Source: Pseudomonadota bacterium (lineage in GTDB: Archaea > Thermoplasmatota > SW-10-69-26 > JACQPN01 > JAJPHT01). From it: DNA of 64,000 nucleotides. The notes beneath the pieces were generated by a model that was not told the DNA's origin, searched no databases, and saw only the letters and a list, made by a program, of their open reading frames with translations. Shown here in pieces: positions 19,001-27,530 of this stretch (the stretch's first letter is position 1; the number at the start of each line of letters is the position of its first letter). The stretch lies in NCBI GenBank assembly GCA_021325135.1, contig JAJPHT010000039.1, positions 99,493 through 163,492 of the forward strand, written 5' to 3'. Both the position numbers and the translations under genes were made by a program.

Positions 19001-20002
19001 ATGCACGCCGAAGCCGGCAGCACGCTCTTCTCCCGAGGCCGCAACCTCGAAACCGCGCTGGGCCTCCGCAGGGTCTTCCTCAAGTTCGAGGGCTCCAACC
19101 CCACCGGCACGCAGAAGGACCGCATCGCGCGCCACTGCTACGACGAGGCGCACGCCAAGGGGTTCGACACCATCACCGTCGCCACGTGCGGCAACTTCGG
19201 CGCGTCCGTGGCGTGGGCGTGCAGCCACAACGGCATCCGGCCCACCGTCTTCGTGCCCAGCGACTACCACACGCCGCGCATCGTGGAGATGGAGACCTTG
19301 GGCGCGCGCATCATCCGCGTGCCGGGCGACTACGAGGACGCCGTCGCGGCCTCCCGCATGGCGGCGCGGGAGCACGGCTGGTACGACGCGAACCCGGGCA
19401 GCGACGCCCAGTGGGACATCGCCCGCCGCGGCTACGGCCGCATCGCGCACGAGATCGTGCAGGACCTTGGCGGCATGCCCGACACCGTGAGCGTCGCGGT
19501 GGGCAACGGCACCACGCTGGCCGCCATCTTCGAGGGCTTCCGCGAGGCGGCCCGCGAGCGGGGCCTCCACGCGCTGCCCCGCATGATCGCCGCCTCGACG
19601 CCCCGCGGCAACCCCATCATCAAGTCGTGGAAGGCCGGCCTCAAGGAGTGCATGGACCTGCGCCCGGAGGAGATCCGGGAGACGACGGTCAACGAGCCGC
19701 TGGTCAACTGGCACTCCTTCGACGGCCAGCGTGCCCTGGACGCCATCTACGCGTCCAACGGCTACGCTGCCTACGCGACCGACGCCGAGATGCGCCGCCT
19801 CACCGCGCTCACGCGCAGCCTGGAGGGCATCAACGTCATGACGGCCAGCACGGCCTCGCTGGTGGGCCTCTCCAAGGCCGCGAAGGCGGGCCTCGTGGGC
19901 GAGGGCCTCCACGTCGCGGTCCTCACGGGCCGCCACCACGAGAAGCCGCGCCTGCGCGCCAGCGACCTCGCACGCTCCCACTTTCCGCCGCCGATAAGCT
20001 GA
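19001..20002 (+). CDS. PLP-dependent enzyme, threonine synthase-like (fold type II)
   Basis: Motifs LKFEGSNPTGTQKDR, TCGNFG and VGNGTT. Confidence 0.9.
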   Translation: MHAEAGSTLFSRGRNLETALGLRRVFLKFEGSNPTGTQKDRIARHCYDEAHAKGFDTITVATCGNFGASVAWACSHNGIRPTVFVPSDYHTPRIVEMETLGARIIRVPGDYEDAVAASRMAAREHGWYDANPGSDAQWDIARRGYGRIAHEIVQDLGGMPDTVSVAVGNGTTLAAIFEGFREAARERGLHALPRMIAASTPRGNPIIKSWKAGLKECMDLRPEEIRETTVNEPLVNWHSFDGQRALDAIYASNGYAAYATDAEMRRLTALTRSLEGINVMTASTASLVGLSKAAKAGLVGEGLHVAVLTGRHHEKPRLRASDLARSHFPPPIS

Positions 20003-20091
20003 GGCGGCCCCCTGGACCCCTGCCCGGGTCCGGGGGGCTTGACGCACCGCGGCTCGCAACGCTTATGCACGCTCCCCGGAGGTCGCCCTCC

Positions 20092-20574
20092 ATGGAGGGG
20101 CACGTCCTCGAGAACAGCCCGGAGAATCCCTGCGTGGGCTGCGGGCCCCAGCACCCGCACGGGCTCCGCCTCGTCTTCTCGCGGGAGGGCGCCGAGGTGC
20201 GATCCGCGCTGGAGGCCACGCCCGACCGCCAGGGCTGGCCGGGCCGCCTGCACTCGGGGCTCCTCTACCTCGCGCTCCTGGAGACGGCCAACTGGACGCT
20301 CTACGGCCTTCGCGGCCGCGTGGGCATCCCGGTGCGCACGAGCGCGCTGGAGGCCGCGCGCTGGATCGCGGTGGGCGAGCGCCTCGCGCTGCGCGGCCGC
20401 CTCGCGCGCGACGAGCCCGCGGCGGCGACGGTCCTCGTGGAGGCCCTCGACGCGTCGGGCAGGCGCGTCGCGAGCCTGGAGCGCGCCTACGACCTCCCGG
20501 ATCGCGCGACGTTCCTCGCCCGCATGGGGTACGACGAGGCGCCGCCGGGCCTCGACGAGGCGCTGCCGCCGTGA
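20092..20574 (+). CDS. PaaI-like hot-dog thioesterase
   Basis: Motifs CVGCG...HGL.L.F and GWPGRLHSG.....L.E. Confidence 0.8.
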   Translation: MEGHVLENSPENPCVGCGPQHPHGLRLVFSREGAEVRSALEATPDRQGWPGRLHSGLLYLALLETANWTLYGLRGRVGIPVRTSALEAARWIAVGERLALRGRLARDEPAAATVLVEALDASGRRVASLERAYDLPDRATFLARMGYDEAPPGLDEALPP

Positions 20575-20619
20575 GCGCCGAGGCATAGCTTCTTGACGCG
20601 GCCCCAAGTTCGAGCCCCC

Positions 20620-21684
20620 ATGAGCGGGCTGAAGGCCCTCGTGATGTGCGAAGGCCACTTCGGGGATCCCACCGGAAAGACCGCGCACGGGCTCGTGCGC
20701 TACAGCGATCTCTACGAGATCGTGGGCGTGCTCGACAGCGGCCTCGCGGGGCGCGACGCGGGCCAGGTCCTCGACGGCAAGCCCAACGGCATCCCCATCT
20801 TCGCGAGCCTCGACGCCGCGCTGGCCGCCACCCGGCCCACGCACTTCGTCATGGGCGTCGCCACCGACGGCGGGCGCCTCCCGGAAAGCTATCGCCCCGT
20901 CGTGCGAGCCGCGCTGCGCAAGGGCCTGCACGTCGTGAGCGGCCTCCACGAGAAGCTGGAGCAGGACGCGGAGCTGGCCGCCCTCGCGAAGGAGCACGGC
21001 GCCACCATCAAGGACGTCCGCGTCGTGCCGCCCAGGGAGGAGCAGCACTTCTTCTCGGGGAAGATCGACGAGGTGACCTGCCCCGTCGTCGCGGTCCTCG
21101 GCACGGACAGCGCCATCGGCAAGCGCACCACGGCGCGCGTGCTCGTGAAGGCCCTCAACGCGCAGGGCGTCAAGGCCGTCTTCGTCGGCACGGGCCAGAC
21201 GGGCCGCCTCCAGGGCGCCCGGTACAGCATCATCCTCGACTCGCTGGTCAACGACTTCCTCACGGGCGAGATCGAGCACGTCGTGTGGTCCGCCTGGAAG
21301 AACGAGAGCCCTGACATCATCGTCGTGGAGGGGCAGGGCGGCCTCACGCACCCGGGCTACCCGGGCGGCTACGAGATCATCTGCGGCGCCCGCGTCAAGG
21401 GCGTCATCCTCCAGCACGCCCCCGGCCGCAAGACGCTGGACGGCTTCCCGCAGTACCCCATGGGCGACCCGGCGCGCGACGTCGCCATCGCGGAGACCCT
21501 CAGCGGCCACCCCCTCGTCGCCATCACGCTCAACCACGAGGCCCTCGACAAGGCCGGCGTCGAGGAGTGGAAGAAGCGCCTGGCCGACCGCTTCGGCAAG
21601 CCCGTGACCGACGTGCTCCTCGACGGCCCCCAGCCCCTGGTGGACGCCGTGGTGGCGCGCTTCTCCCTGGCGAAGCGCGCGTGA
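20620..21684 (+). CDS. DUF1611 family protein (DgcN-like, Rossmann plus P-loop domains)
   Basis: Motifs GKTA.GL.RY, SGLH, GTDSAIGKRTT, TGQTG and VEGQG.L.HP. Confidence 0.9.
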   Translation: MSGLKALVMCEGHFGDPTGKTAHGLVRYSDLYEIVGVLDSGLAGRDAGQVLDGKPNGIPIFASLDAALAATRPTHFVMGVATDGGRLPESYRPVVRAALRKGLHVVSGLHEKLEQDAELAALAKEHGATIKDVRVVPPREEQHFFSGKIDEVTCPVVAVLGTDSAIGKRTTARVLVKALNAQGVKAVFVGTGQTGRLQGARYSIILDSLVNDFLTGEIEHVVWSAWKNESPDIIVVEGQGGLTHPGYPGGYEIICGARVKGVILQHAPGRKTLDGFPQYPMGDPARDVAIAETLSGHPLVAITLNHEALDKAGVEEWKKRLADRFGKPVTDVLLDGPQPLVDAVVARFSLAKRA

Positions 21685-21695
21685 GGGGGCGCTCC

Positions 21696-23162
21696 ATGAG
21701 CCGTCCGGACCTCAAGTTCTTCCGCGAGCTTCGGGTCAGCGATCCCGCCCTGAAGGCGGACGCCAGCACGAGCGCGTACACCTTCGTCGACCGCAAGGGG
21801 AAGCGCAGCGAGATCGCCCTGCACTGGAAGTTCCCCGTCCCGCTCTACGCGGAGGCGGACCCCGTGATGCGCAACCACGCGCGCCTGCACCACGCGATCC
21901 CCTCGCTCAACTACGGCCTCTTCTGCGACCGCGTCGTGCTGGAGGGCCCGCTCGCGCGCGAGGACGCCGAGTACCTGCGCGCGATGCAGCGCGTGACGGC
22001 GCGCGAGCAGTACCTCACGCGCTTCGTGCGCGACGAGCCGCACCTCCTCATCAAGCCCGAGTACCACGTGAGCCCCGAGGACTTCGAGACCGAGGCCGTG
22101 GACGACCTGGCGGAGATCGTCGTGGAGGAGGAGCGCGTCGAGGGCCCGCCGCGCAAGGTGGACCCTCGGCGCTACGCCGTCCTCTCCAGCGGCGGGAAGG
22201 AGAGCCTGCTCACCTACGGCCTGCTGCGCGAGCTGAAGCGCGACGTGAGCCCGGTGTACGTCAACGAGAGCGGCCGCCACTGGTACACCGCGCTCCTCGC
22301 GCACCGCCTCCACGAGCGGACCGACCCGCGTACGCGCCGCGTCTGGAGCAGCGTGGACCGCCTCTACGTCGCCGCGAACCGGCTGCTCCCCTGCGTGAGG
22401 CCCGACTTCCAGCGCGTCGCTGCGGACGTGTACCCCATCCAGCTCTTCACGTTCAACAGCTATCAATTGGCCGTCGCCGGCCTCTGCCTCCACGAGGGGA
22501 TGGGCACGATGCTCATGGGCAACGAGTTCGACGAGGGGCCCTGGCCCGAGGTCAAGGGCGTGCGCCACTGGCACGCCATCTACGACCAGTCCCAGGAGTT
22601 CGACCTCGTCCTCAACGCCTTCTTCGCGCGCAAGCCCTGGGGCGGCCTGCGGCAGACCTCCCTCCTGCGGACCATGAGCAGCCTCCTCATCGAGGACCTC
22701 CTCGCGACGCGCTACCCCGATCTGCTGGCCGCGCAGACCTCGTGCCACGCGACGCACATGGAGGAGGGCCAGCCCGTCCCGTGCGGCCGGTGCAGCAAGT
22801 GCCTGGGCGTCCTGCTCTTCCTCCTGGCCGGCGGCCACGACCCCGCGCGGCTGCGCTACAAGAAGGGGGACGTGGAGAAGCTCGGCGCGCGCGTCGCGAC
22901 GACGCACGTCAAGGTCGACCAGGCCGAGGCCGAGCACGCCATGTGGCTCGCGCAAGGGAAGGGCTGGCGCTTCGAGGGCTCGCTCAACGGCTTCGCGCCC
23001 CGCGAGCACGCCGAGGTGCAGAAGGTCCGCTTCCACCCCGAGATGAGCCGCCGCGACGCGATGCCCGCCGAGCTTGCCGGCTCGCTCTACCCGATCTTCC
23101 TGACGCGCGCCAAGGGCGTCATGGAGAAGCGCGGCGAGGCGTGGGTCCCTGCGGAGCCGTGA
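21696..23162 (+). CDS. PP-loop adenine-nucleotide alpha hydrolase, MurL/QueC-like, with a Cys cluster
   Basis: PP-loop variant SGGKES plus SLLR.MS.L, TSCH and PCGRCSKC..VLLFL. Confidence 0.7.
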   Translation: MSRPDLKFFRELRVSDPALKADASTSAYTFVDRKGKRSEIALHWKFPVPLYAEADPVMRNHARLHHAIPSLNYGLFCDRVVLEGPLAREDAEYLRAMQRVTAREQYLTRFVRDEPHLLIKPEYHVSPEDFETEAVDDLAEIVVEEERVEGPPRKVDPRRYAVLSSGGKESLLTYGLLRELKRDVSPVYVNESGRHWYTALLAHRLHERTDPRTRRVWSSVDRLYVAANRLLPCVRPDFQRVAADVYPIQLFTFNSYQLAVAGLCLHEGMGTMLMGNEFDEGPWPEVKGVRHWHAIYDQSQEFDLVLNAFFARKPWGGLRQTSLLRTMSSLLIEDLLATRYPDLLAAQTSCHATHMEEGQPVPCGRCSKCLGVLLFLLAGGHDPARLRYKKGDVEKLGARVATTHVKVDQAEAEHAMWLAQGKGWRFEGSLNGFAPREHAEVQKVRFHPEMSRRDAMPAELAGSLYPIFLTRAKGVMEKRGEAWVPAEP

Positions 23163-23610
23163 GGATTTTCTCGTACAGGAACGCGTCGTTGTTCGCGTAC
23201 TGCGTGTAATAGTTGGGAAGCCGCCGCAGCAGCTTGTAGCCGCCGCGCTCGTAGAGGCGGATCGCGTCGGCGTTCTCCACGTTGACCTCCAGCACGACGC
23301 GCTCCATGCCCAGGCGCGCAAGCTCGGCCTCGCACGCGTCCATGAGCTGGCGCCCCAGGCCGAGGCCGCGGCGCGAGGGGTGGACATTCACGGTGTAGAC
23401 GTGCCCGACGCGCCACGCGCGGTGGTGGAACGCGCCCACGAAGCCGGCGACGCCCGCCTCGTCCTCCATGAGGAGGTTCACCGCCTTGGCGCGGCCCAGC
23501 GAGTAGCGGTACTCCTCCGCGCCATACGCCTGGTTGGGCGGGTAGCAGGCGCGCTCCAGCGCCAAGGCCGCGTCGAGGTCCGCCAGCGTCGCGGGGCGGA
23601 TCGCGATCAC
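23119..23610 (-). CDS. GNAT N-acetyltransferase (RimI/Ard1-like)
   Basis: Motifs VHPSRRGLGLG, LEVNVEN..AI.LY and YY. Confidence 0.88.
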   Translation of the reverse strand: MIAIRPATLADLDAALALERACYPPNQAYGAEEYRYSLGRAKAVNLLMEDEAGVAGFVGAFHHRAWRVGHVYTVNVHPSRRGLGLGRQLMDACEAELARLGMERVVLEVNVENADAIRLYERGGYKLLRRLPNYYTQYANNDAFLYEKILTAPQGPTPRRASP

Positions 23611-24635
23611 AGGAACCCCCCGATGGTGGGCGAGTCCAGGAAGGCGCTGTCATAGAAGCGCGCCGTCTCGTCCGCGAGCCGATCCGCGGGCGTGCCCAGG
23701 GCGGCGAGGACGCGCGCTCGCACGGCCACGTCCGCCGTCACCTCCGCGAGCCGCAGCCACGTCGCCGGCTCCACGCCGATGGCGTACTCCTCCTCATCCA
23801 CCAGTGCGTAGACGCTGCCCACGAAGAGGCGGCGCGCCGCGAGGGAGCGGAAGTAGGGCGCGAGGTCCGCGGGCGCGTCGCGCCAGCCGGCGATCCCCTC
23901 GACGCGGCCGCGCGGGTGCAGGTCGCCGCGCTCGTCCATCTCCAGCACGTCCAGCGCGGAGCCGTCGCGGGCGAAGGTGAGCCAGCGCAGGTCGGGCGCC
24001 AGGTAGAAGGGCCTCCGCGTGACGTCCTCCTCGGCGAAGGGCGCCAGCGCGTCCTCCCATGCCTCGTCCGCGTCCGACTCGTCCCCGCCCCGGCGCAGCG
24101 CGGCCTCCAGTCCGGAGCGCGTGAGGAGCGCGGCGAGGTCCGCCGAATCCACCACGGCGTCCGCGTCGCCCCACGCGCCGGCCCGCCGCGCCTTGCGCTG
24201 GAACGCGCCATACGTCTCGCGGGCCTGCCGCTCGTGCCGCTCGATCTCGCCCGCGGGCGCGTTCGCCAGCACGCCGGCCTGGAACGCGGGCGCGAGGTCG
24301 CCCCCCGGCGCGCGCTCCACGCCGCGGCAGGTGTAGTTCACGTAGACCTCGGGCTCCTCGGCGAAGTGCAGGTGGAAAGGGAAGTAGCGGCAGTGCGCGG
24401 GCCGCAGGTCGTACTGCGTGCACTGGCGGCGCTCCAGCAGCGTGCAGGCGCCGCACTTGTTCTGGAGCCCCAGGTACGTCCTGCCGTCGCCTACCGTCAC
24501 GGGCAGGGCCCGCGGCTTGAGCCTCGCGCGCAGGAGGGCCAGCTCGCGCCCCGAGGCCTCGGGCTGGAACGTGCAGCAGAAGCCGCACCCCTCCAGGCAC
24601 GCGAAGCGGCGGTCGGCAAGCTCGGCGGCGCGCAT
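23607..24635 (-). CDS. YkgJ-family cysteine cluster protein
   Basis: Motifs CLEGCGFCC and C.LL....C..YD.RP..CR.FPF. Confidence 0.85.
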   Translation of the reverse strand: MRAAELADRRFACLEGCGFCCTFQPEASGRELALLRARLKPRALPVTVGDGRTYLGLQNKCGACTLLERRQCTQYDLRPAHCRYFPFHLHFAEEPEVYVNYTCRGVERAPGGDLAPAFQAGVLANAPAGEIERHERQARETYGAFQRKARRAGAWGDADAVVDSADLAALLTRSGLEAALRRGGDESDADEAWEDALAPFAEEDVTRRPFYLAPDLRWLTFARDGSALDVLEMDERGDLHPRGRVEGIAGWRDAPADLAPYFRSLAARRLFVGSVYALVDEEEYAIGVEPATWLRLAEVTADVAVRARVLAALGTPADRLADETARFYDSAFLDSPTIGGFL

Positions 24636-24754
24636 GTCCGTCGCCGCGCGATGCCGGCTCCTGGGCCTTCAAGCTTTGGAGCCTGCGGACGCAGAGCCGA
24701 TCTCACGAGAACGGCCAAGACCGCGCCCTCGGCTGCGAGTCCGGAGGCATTCCC

Positions 24755-26233
24755 TTGCGAGCACTCTCCTTCCTGCTGGCCGCCGCGATCCTCGTGGCGT
24801 CCCTGGCCGTCGTCGCGAGCCCCGCGTCGTCGTCCCCCGACACCCCGGCGCCCTTCCTCGTGGGCTTCGGCATCCGCGACATCACGCCCTCCAACGACCT
24901 CTCGCAGGACGGGCAAGGGCACGTCTACCTGGGCGGGTTCGGCTTCGGCTGCTGCCGCCTCTCGCAGGGCACGGAGTACCCGGTGCGCGTGCGCGCCATG
25001 GTGGTGGGCGACGGCGAGCGCAACGTCGCGCTGGCCAGCGTCGAGGTGCAGGGCTCCTTCGCCGCGTACCAGGACGGCGCCTTCGGGCAGTACGACGTCG
25101 CGAAGGCCGTGGAGGCCGCGACGGGCGGCGCGCTGCCGAGGAGCCACGTCATCGTGAGCAGCGACCACTCGCACCGCGGCGCGGACACGACGGGCGTCTG
25201 GGGCGGCGTGCCCGACGCGTACCTCGCCTTCATCGCGGCGCAGACCCGGGGCGCCATCCTCGACGCGTATGCCGCCGAGGCGCCCGCGCGCCTGCGCGTG
25301 GCGGAGATCAACGAGAGCCAGTACGTCTCCAGCGACTTCAGCGCGGCCAACCAGGACACGCCCGACGGCATGTTCCGCCTCCTCTACGCCGAGACGCCCG
25401 AGGGCCGGCTCGCGGGCGTGTACGGCACCTTCGCGTCCCACGCGACGATCCACGGCTCCGCTCCCTTCCTCTCGCCCGACTGGCCCGGCATCGCCAGCGA
25501 CAAGGTGAGCGCGCTGGCGGGCGGCGTCCCCGTCGTCCTGGGCGAGGGCGCGGTGGGCCGCACGCACGGCGCGGGCGACCGCAGCCACTACGAGGACCTC
25601 CTCGCCGCGGACGTTGTGGCGGCGTACCCCGCGTCGGAGTACGTCACGGTCCCGGGCGTGGACGGCGCCGAGAGCGCCATCGCGCTCAACGCCTACAACG
25701 GCATCCTCCTGGGCGGCATCACCGCGGGGCACCCGGGCTGCAACGCGCCCGCGAACCCCGTGAGCAGCGGCTTCCAGAGCGCGGGCGTCAACCCGACGTG
25801 CGTGCCCATCGGCCGCGCGGACACGCCCCCGTGGATGGTGGGCAACCGCATCACGACGCTGGTCTCCGCGGTGCGCATCGGGGACGTGCTCCTCTGGGGC
25901 GCTCCGGGCGAGATCTACCCCAACGCGCAGTGGGCGATCCAGCAGCACGTCCAGACGCGCCACGTCATCGTCCTGGGTCTCGCCAACGACCAGCTGGGCT
26001 ACCTCATCGCGCCCAGCGAGGACTGGTACAAGATCGCCAGCAACCCCACCAGCGACAACACGCTGTTCAACGTGGACGTCACGGGCGGCGACCACGTGGA
26101 GTGCGCGGTGCTCGACCTCGCGCGCCAGCTTGGGTTCAGCACGGGCCCCTCGGTGGCCTTGGGCGGCGTCAGCGCGGACGACCCGGCCATCTGCAACGCG
26201 TGGGCGTTCGAGCCGCGCGCGCTGCCCACGTGA
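24755..26233 (+). CDS. secreted neutral/alkaline ceramidase-like protein
   Basis: Signal peptide; motifs DITP, YLGGFG, HSH.G.DT, ASHAT, SPDWPG, PGE.YP and GLANDQLGY. Confidence 0.7.
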   Translation: MRALSFLLAAAILVASLAVVASPASSSPDTPAPFLVGFGIRDITPSNDLSQDGQGHVYLGGFGFGCCRLSQGTEYPVRVRAMVVGDGERNVALASVEVQGSFAAYQDGAFGQYDVAKAVEAATGGALPRSHVIVSSDHSHRGADTTGVWGGVPDAYLAFIAAQTRGAILDAYAAEAPARLRVAEINESQYVSSDFSAANQDTPDGMFRLLYAETPEGRLAGVYGTFASHATIHGSAPFLSPDWPGIASDKVSALAGGVPVVLGEGAVGRTHGAGDRSHYEDLLAADVVAAYPASEYVTVPGVDGAESAIALNAYNGILLGGITAGHPGCNAPANPVSSGFQSAGVNPTCVPIGRADTPPWMVGNRITTLVSAVRIGDVLLWGAPGEIYPNAQWAIQQHVQTRHVIVLGLANDQLGYLIAPSEDWYKIASNPTSDNTLFNVDVTGGDHVECAVLDLARQLGFSTGPSVALGGVSADDPAICNAWAFEPRALPT

Positions 26234-26236
26234 AGG

Positions 26237-26614
26237 TCAGCGGATGCCCGTGTGCGCGCAGGCGCGCAGGGGGGTGAGCGGCGTCACGACGGCGTTGGAG
26301 GCGAGCTTGCCGGCCGCGGCGAGCTTCTCCTTGGCGGCCTTGGCCCAGCGCTCGCCCTCCTGGCCGTTGAACCCCTCGACCTTCGAGACGAGCCCCGCGG
26401 CGTCCACGTGGACGTGGCCCAGGAGAAGGAACTCGCTGGGGGCGCCGCGGCCCGCGAAGGGGGTCAGGCCCGCGCTGGTGTACGCCCGGATGCGGCCCAT
26501 GGGGCGCAGCGCGCCGAAGGCGTAGACGTTGGCCGCGGGAAGGTGCGCGAGGACGATCTCCTTGTCCTCAAGGCTGGAGATGAAGGCGGGCGCCTCGGGC
26601 GCGTTGGGCCTCAC
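26237..26614 (-). CDS. hypothetical protein
   Basis: 125 aa ORF with GC3-rich codon usage filling the gap between genes. Confidence 0.6.
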   Translation of the reverse strand: MRPNAPEAPAFISSLEDKEIVLAHLPAANVYAFGALRPMGRIRAYTSAGLTPFAGRGAPSEFLLLGHVHVDAAGLVSKVEGFNGQEGERWAKAAKEKLAAAGKLASNAVVTPLTPLRACAHTGIR

Positions 26615-26693
26615 ACGAGGCCATAAGCCGTCCTCACCTTAAGTTCGGCCCCCACCCCCCAGTGAAGCCAAGGGGAATCGGGGAAAAGGGGAT

Positions 26694-26716
26694 GCGCCCG
26701 GCCCAAGGCCGGGCGC
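26694..26716 (-). terminator. hairpin followed by a pyrimidine tract, downstream of the CxxC-x17-CxxC gene
   Basis: GCGCCCGGCC-N3-GGCCGGGCGC followed on the minus strand by CCCCTTTTCCCC. Confidence 0.55.
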
Positions 26717-26733
26717 TCATTCATTCGCTGGGC

Positions 26734-26979
26734 TCAGAAGCGACGGCCGCCGCCGCCACCGTAGCCGCCGCCACCGCGGCCGCCGCCGTAGCCGCCGCCC
26801 CGGCCGCCACCGAAGCCGCCCTCACGCGGGGGGCGGTGCTTCTGGAAGCAGTCGCGGCAGTAGACGGGGCGACCCTCGGTCGGCTTGAAGGGGACCTGGG
26901 TCTGCTTGCCGCAGTCGCTGCAGACGGCGTCGAACATCTCTCGGGGGCCCGAAGGGGGGCCACGGTTTCCACCGTACAT
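26734..26979 (-). CDS. CxxC-x17-CxxC zinc-ribbon protein with an RGG/GY tail (putative RNA-binding)
   Basis: CSDCGKQTQVPFKPTEGRPVYCRDC plus a Gly/Arg/Tyr tail. Confidence 0.92.
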   Translation of the reverse strand: MYGGNRGPPSGPREMFDAVCSDCGKQTQVPFKPTEGRPVYCRDCFQKHRPPREGGFGGGRGGGYGGGRGGGGYGGGGGRRF

Positions 26980-27156
26980 TGTTATCTACTCTCTTGGGCC
27001 AGGGCACGACAGAACGAGACGACGACGAAGCGCTTGGACGAACGGCGGCGACTGCGCCCACGCGGGGGCGCTTTCCGGGGTGCTCTTACCCGCAAACTCA
27101 CCAGTCGCCTCCATACATAAACTCGCCGGGTGCGAGGCGCCCGGGCCGCGGAGGGC

Positions 27157-27267
27157 TCAGAAGCCGCCCCGGTTGTGGTGGTGCTTCTCGGCGTGGTTGT
27201 GGGGGGCCTTCTTCTCGGCTTCCCGCTGCATGCGGATCTGCTCCCGTTCGGCTCGGCGGAGGGTCAT
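27157..27267 (-). CDS. 36 aa His-rich basic microprotein (not in ORF track)
   Basis: MTLRRAEREQIRMQREAEKKAPHNHAEKHHHNRGGF*; GGTGA Shine-Dalgarno 7 nt upstream; GC3-rich codons. Confidence 0.55.
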   Translation of the reverse strand: MTLRRAEREQIRMQREAEKKAPHNHAEKHHHNRGGF

Positions 27268-27343
27268 GCGAGGATCACCGGTCCAACCTCGGCCCTGGAG
27301 GTGCTTCCCCCTTTCGGAAGGCCAGCCTGGGCGCTCCGCGCCT

Positions 27344-27387
27344 CGCGCGCGTGCGCATATACGCGCGTGCGCGCGTGCGTACGCGTG
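27344..27387. other. 44 bp perfectly alternating pyrimidine-purine tract (Z-DNA-prone)
   Basis: CGCGCGCGTGCGCATATACGCGCGTGCGCGCGTGCGTACGCGTG. Confidence 0.75.
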
Positions 27388-27530
27388 GGTGACGCGCGCG
27401 GGCGCGCGCCCGCGCGCCTAGGTTCGGAACCCACCCTTCTTGTACGATGGAGATGAACAGGTCAAACCTTCCTCCCCGAAAACGGTTAAGTCGGAGCGGC
27501 GCCAGTGGCACCTCCCCGGACCTGGCCCCC

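Noticed and set aside
19001-20002. Calling this gene thrC
   Set aside because: Divergent motifs (TQKDR, TCGNFG), no N-terminal Zn-ribbon region, no thr/hom context; function left open
21696-23162. Calling this gene queC
   Set aside because: About twice the length of QueC, with SGGKES rather than SGGxDS and no que genes nearby; the MurL-like motif order fits better, but no symbol is assigned
26740-26822. GCCGCC-rich tandem repeats as a possible CRISPR or VNTR
   Set aside because: They encode the Gly/Arg/Tyr tail of the CxxC-x17-CxxC protein; there is no repeat-spacer structure. No CRISPR array or cas gene was seen in the window
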